Positions 63,364 through 64,000 of a stretch of 64,000 bases of DNA are shown in pieces. The stretch comes from Lama glama (lineage: Eukaryota), in contig CM052816.1 of assembly GCA_028534125.1 (NCBI GenBank), positions 15,500,001 through 15,564,000 on the forward strand. The letters are read 5' to 3'. The notes beneath the pieces are model-generated. The model saw only the letters and a program-made list of their open reading frames with translations, was not told the origin of the DNA and ran no database searches. The first letter of the stretch is position 1, and every line of letters begins with the position of its first letter. The translations under genes were made by a program, and so were the position numbers.

Positions 63364-64000
63364 CTGGAGTTTCCACTGCCATCATCACACATCAAAGATC
63401 ATCAAGATTTAGTTCAGCAAAGTCAGCAGAGTCAGAAGTTATGCGGAAACTGGATCAGAGAAAAAAAAACACACTGGCCTTGGTGAGAATGTTGCTGAAG
63501 AAAAGGCTGGGGTTGGGGGAAGAGGGAGGGCAGAGTCTCGGGTCTCTGAGAAACCAGTAGGCAGCAGGAAACTAATAAATATTAGGCTTAATGATAAGGA
63601 CTCCGGAGCTAGGCAATTTCCTACAGAAGTCTCCCTCTTCACACATATTTCCCCTAAATGATCCTGCCCAAGGTCCTGATGCAGAACGCTACCTGGTGAG
63701 CACTGAGGGCAGAATTAAAATTCAAAGTGGCAGAAGGCTAGCACCACTTCCCAGGTTCTCCTCTCCCCAAATATCTTAGAGGCTCAATTGTCCACCATCA
63801 CTACTTTGCTTTAAACACTGACCATGTGGGCAGATAGTTTTCAGTTGTGATGTAGTTTCTGGGCCAATTCTCTTCAAGCTAACTAACGCTAGCGCTAAGC
63901 AGAGAACTGATAATAGGCATTTGTGAATAAGGCATCGCTCCCCAGTGAGTAAATTCAGGTAGATCAAACCCTCCTCTCACCATGGCTACCAAGACTCCCC

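Noticed and set aside
1-64000. The many 60-200 aa ORFs in the six-frame track
   Set aside because: Intronic mammalian DNA: no recognisable domains, many non-ATG starts, and many overlap repeats or lie antisense to real exons. Only the CYSTM1 and L1 ORF2 pieces are meaningful.
1-64000. CRISPR arrays, operons or prokaryotic defence systems
   Set aside because: No regularly spaced direct repeats or dense coding; the sequence is clearly spliced mammalian genomic DNA.

Overview
This is mammalian genomic DNA, probably camelid judging from a tRNA-derived vic-1-like SINE and the style of the young L1 3' ends. It is not prokaryotic. The window covers the tail-to-tail junction of two genes. PFDN1 (+ strand) contributes about 16.4 kb of its last intron, its terminal coding exon (16462-16545, QKKSYLERSVKEAEDNIREMLMARRAQ*) and a 3' UTR. 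CYSTM1 (- strand) contributes its whole 102-aa CDS in two exons (51651-51450 and 18643-18537) separated by a ~32.8 kb intron; its non-coding first exon and promoter are not seen. The rest is intronic and rich in interspersed repeats (L1, L2, MIR, MLT1 LTRs, hAT and Tc1/mariner MITEs), with seven N-gaps that all fall in L1 sequence. Repeat names come from my recall of consensus sequences, and repeat boundaries are approximate unless a target-site duplication (TSD) is quoted. I found no convincing new biological system. The most interesting unexplained items are a 26-nt tailless U6 retrocopy with a 15-bp TSD, an orphan poly(A)-tailed ~220-bp insert with a 10-bp direct repeat, inverted MER2-family copies bracketing the CYSTM1 ATG exon, a candidate alternative last exon for CYSTM1, a possibly internally deleted L1, and co-oriented CTCF motifs.
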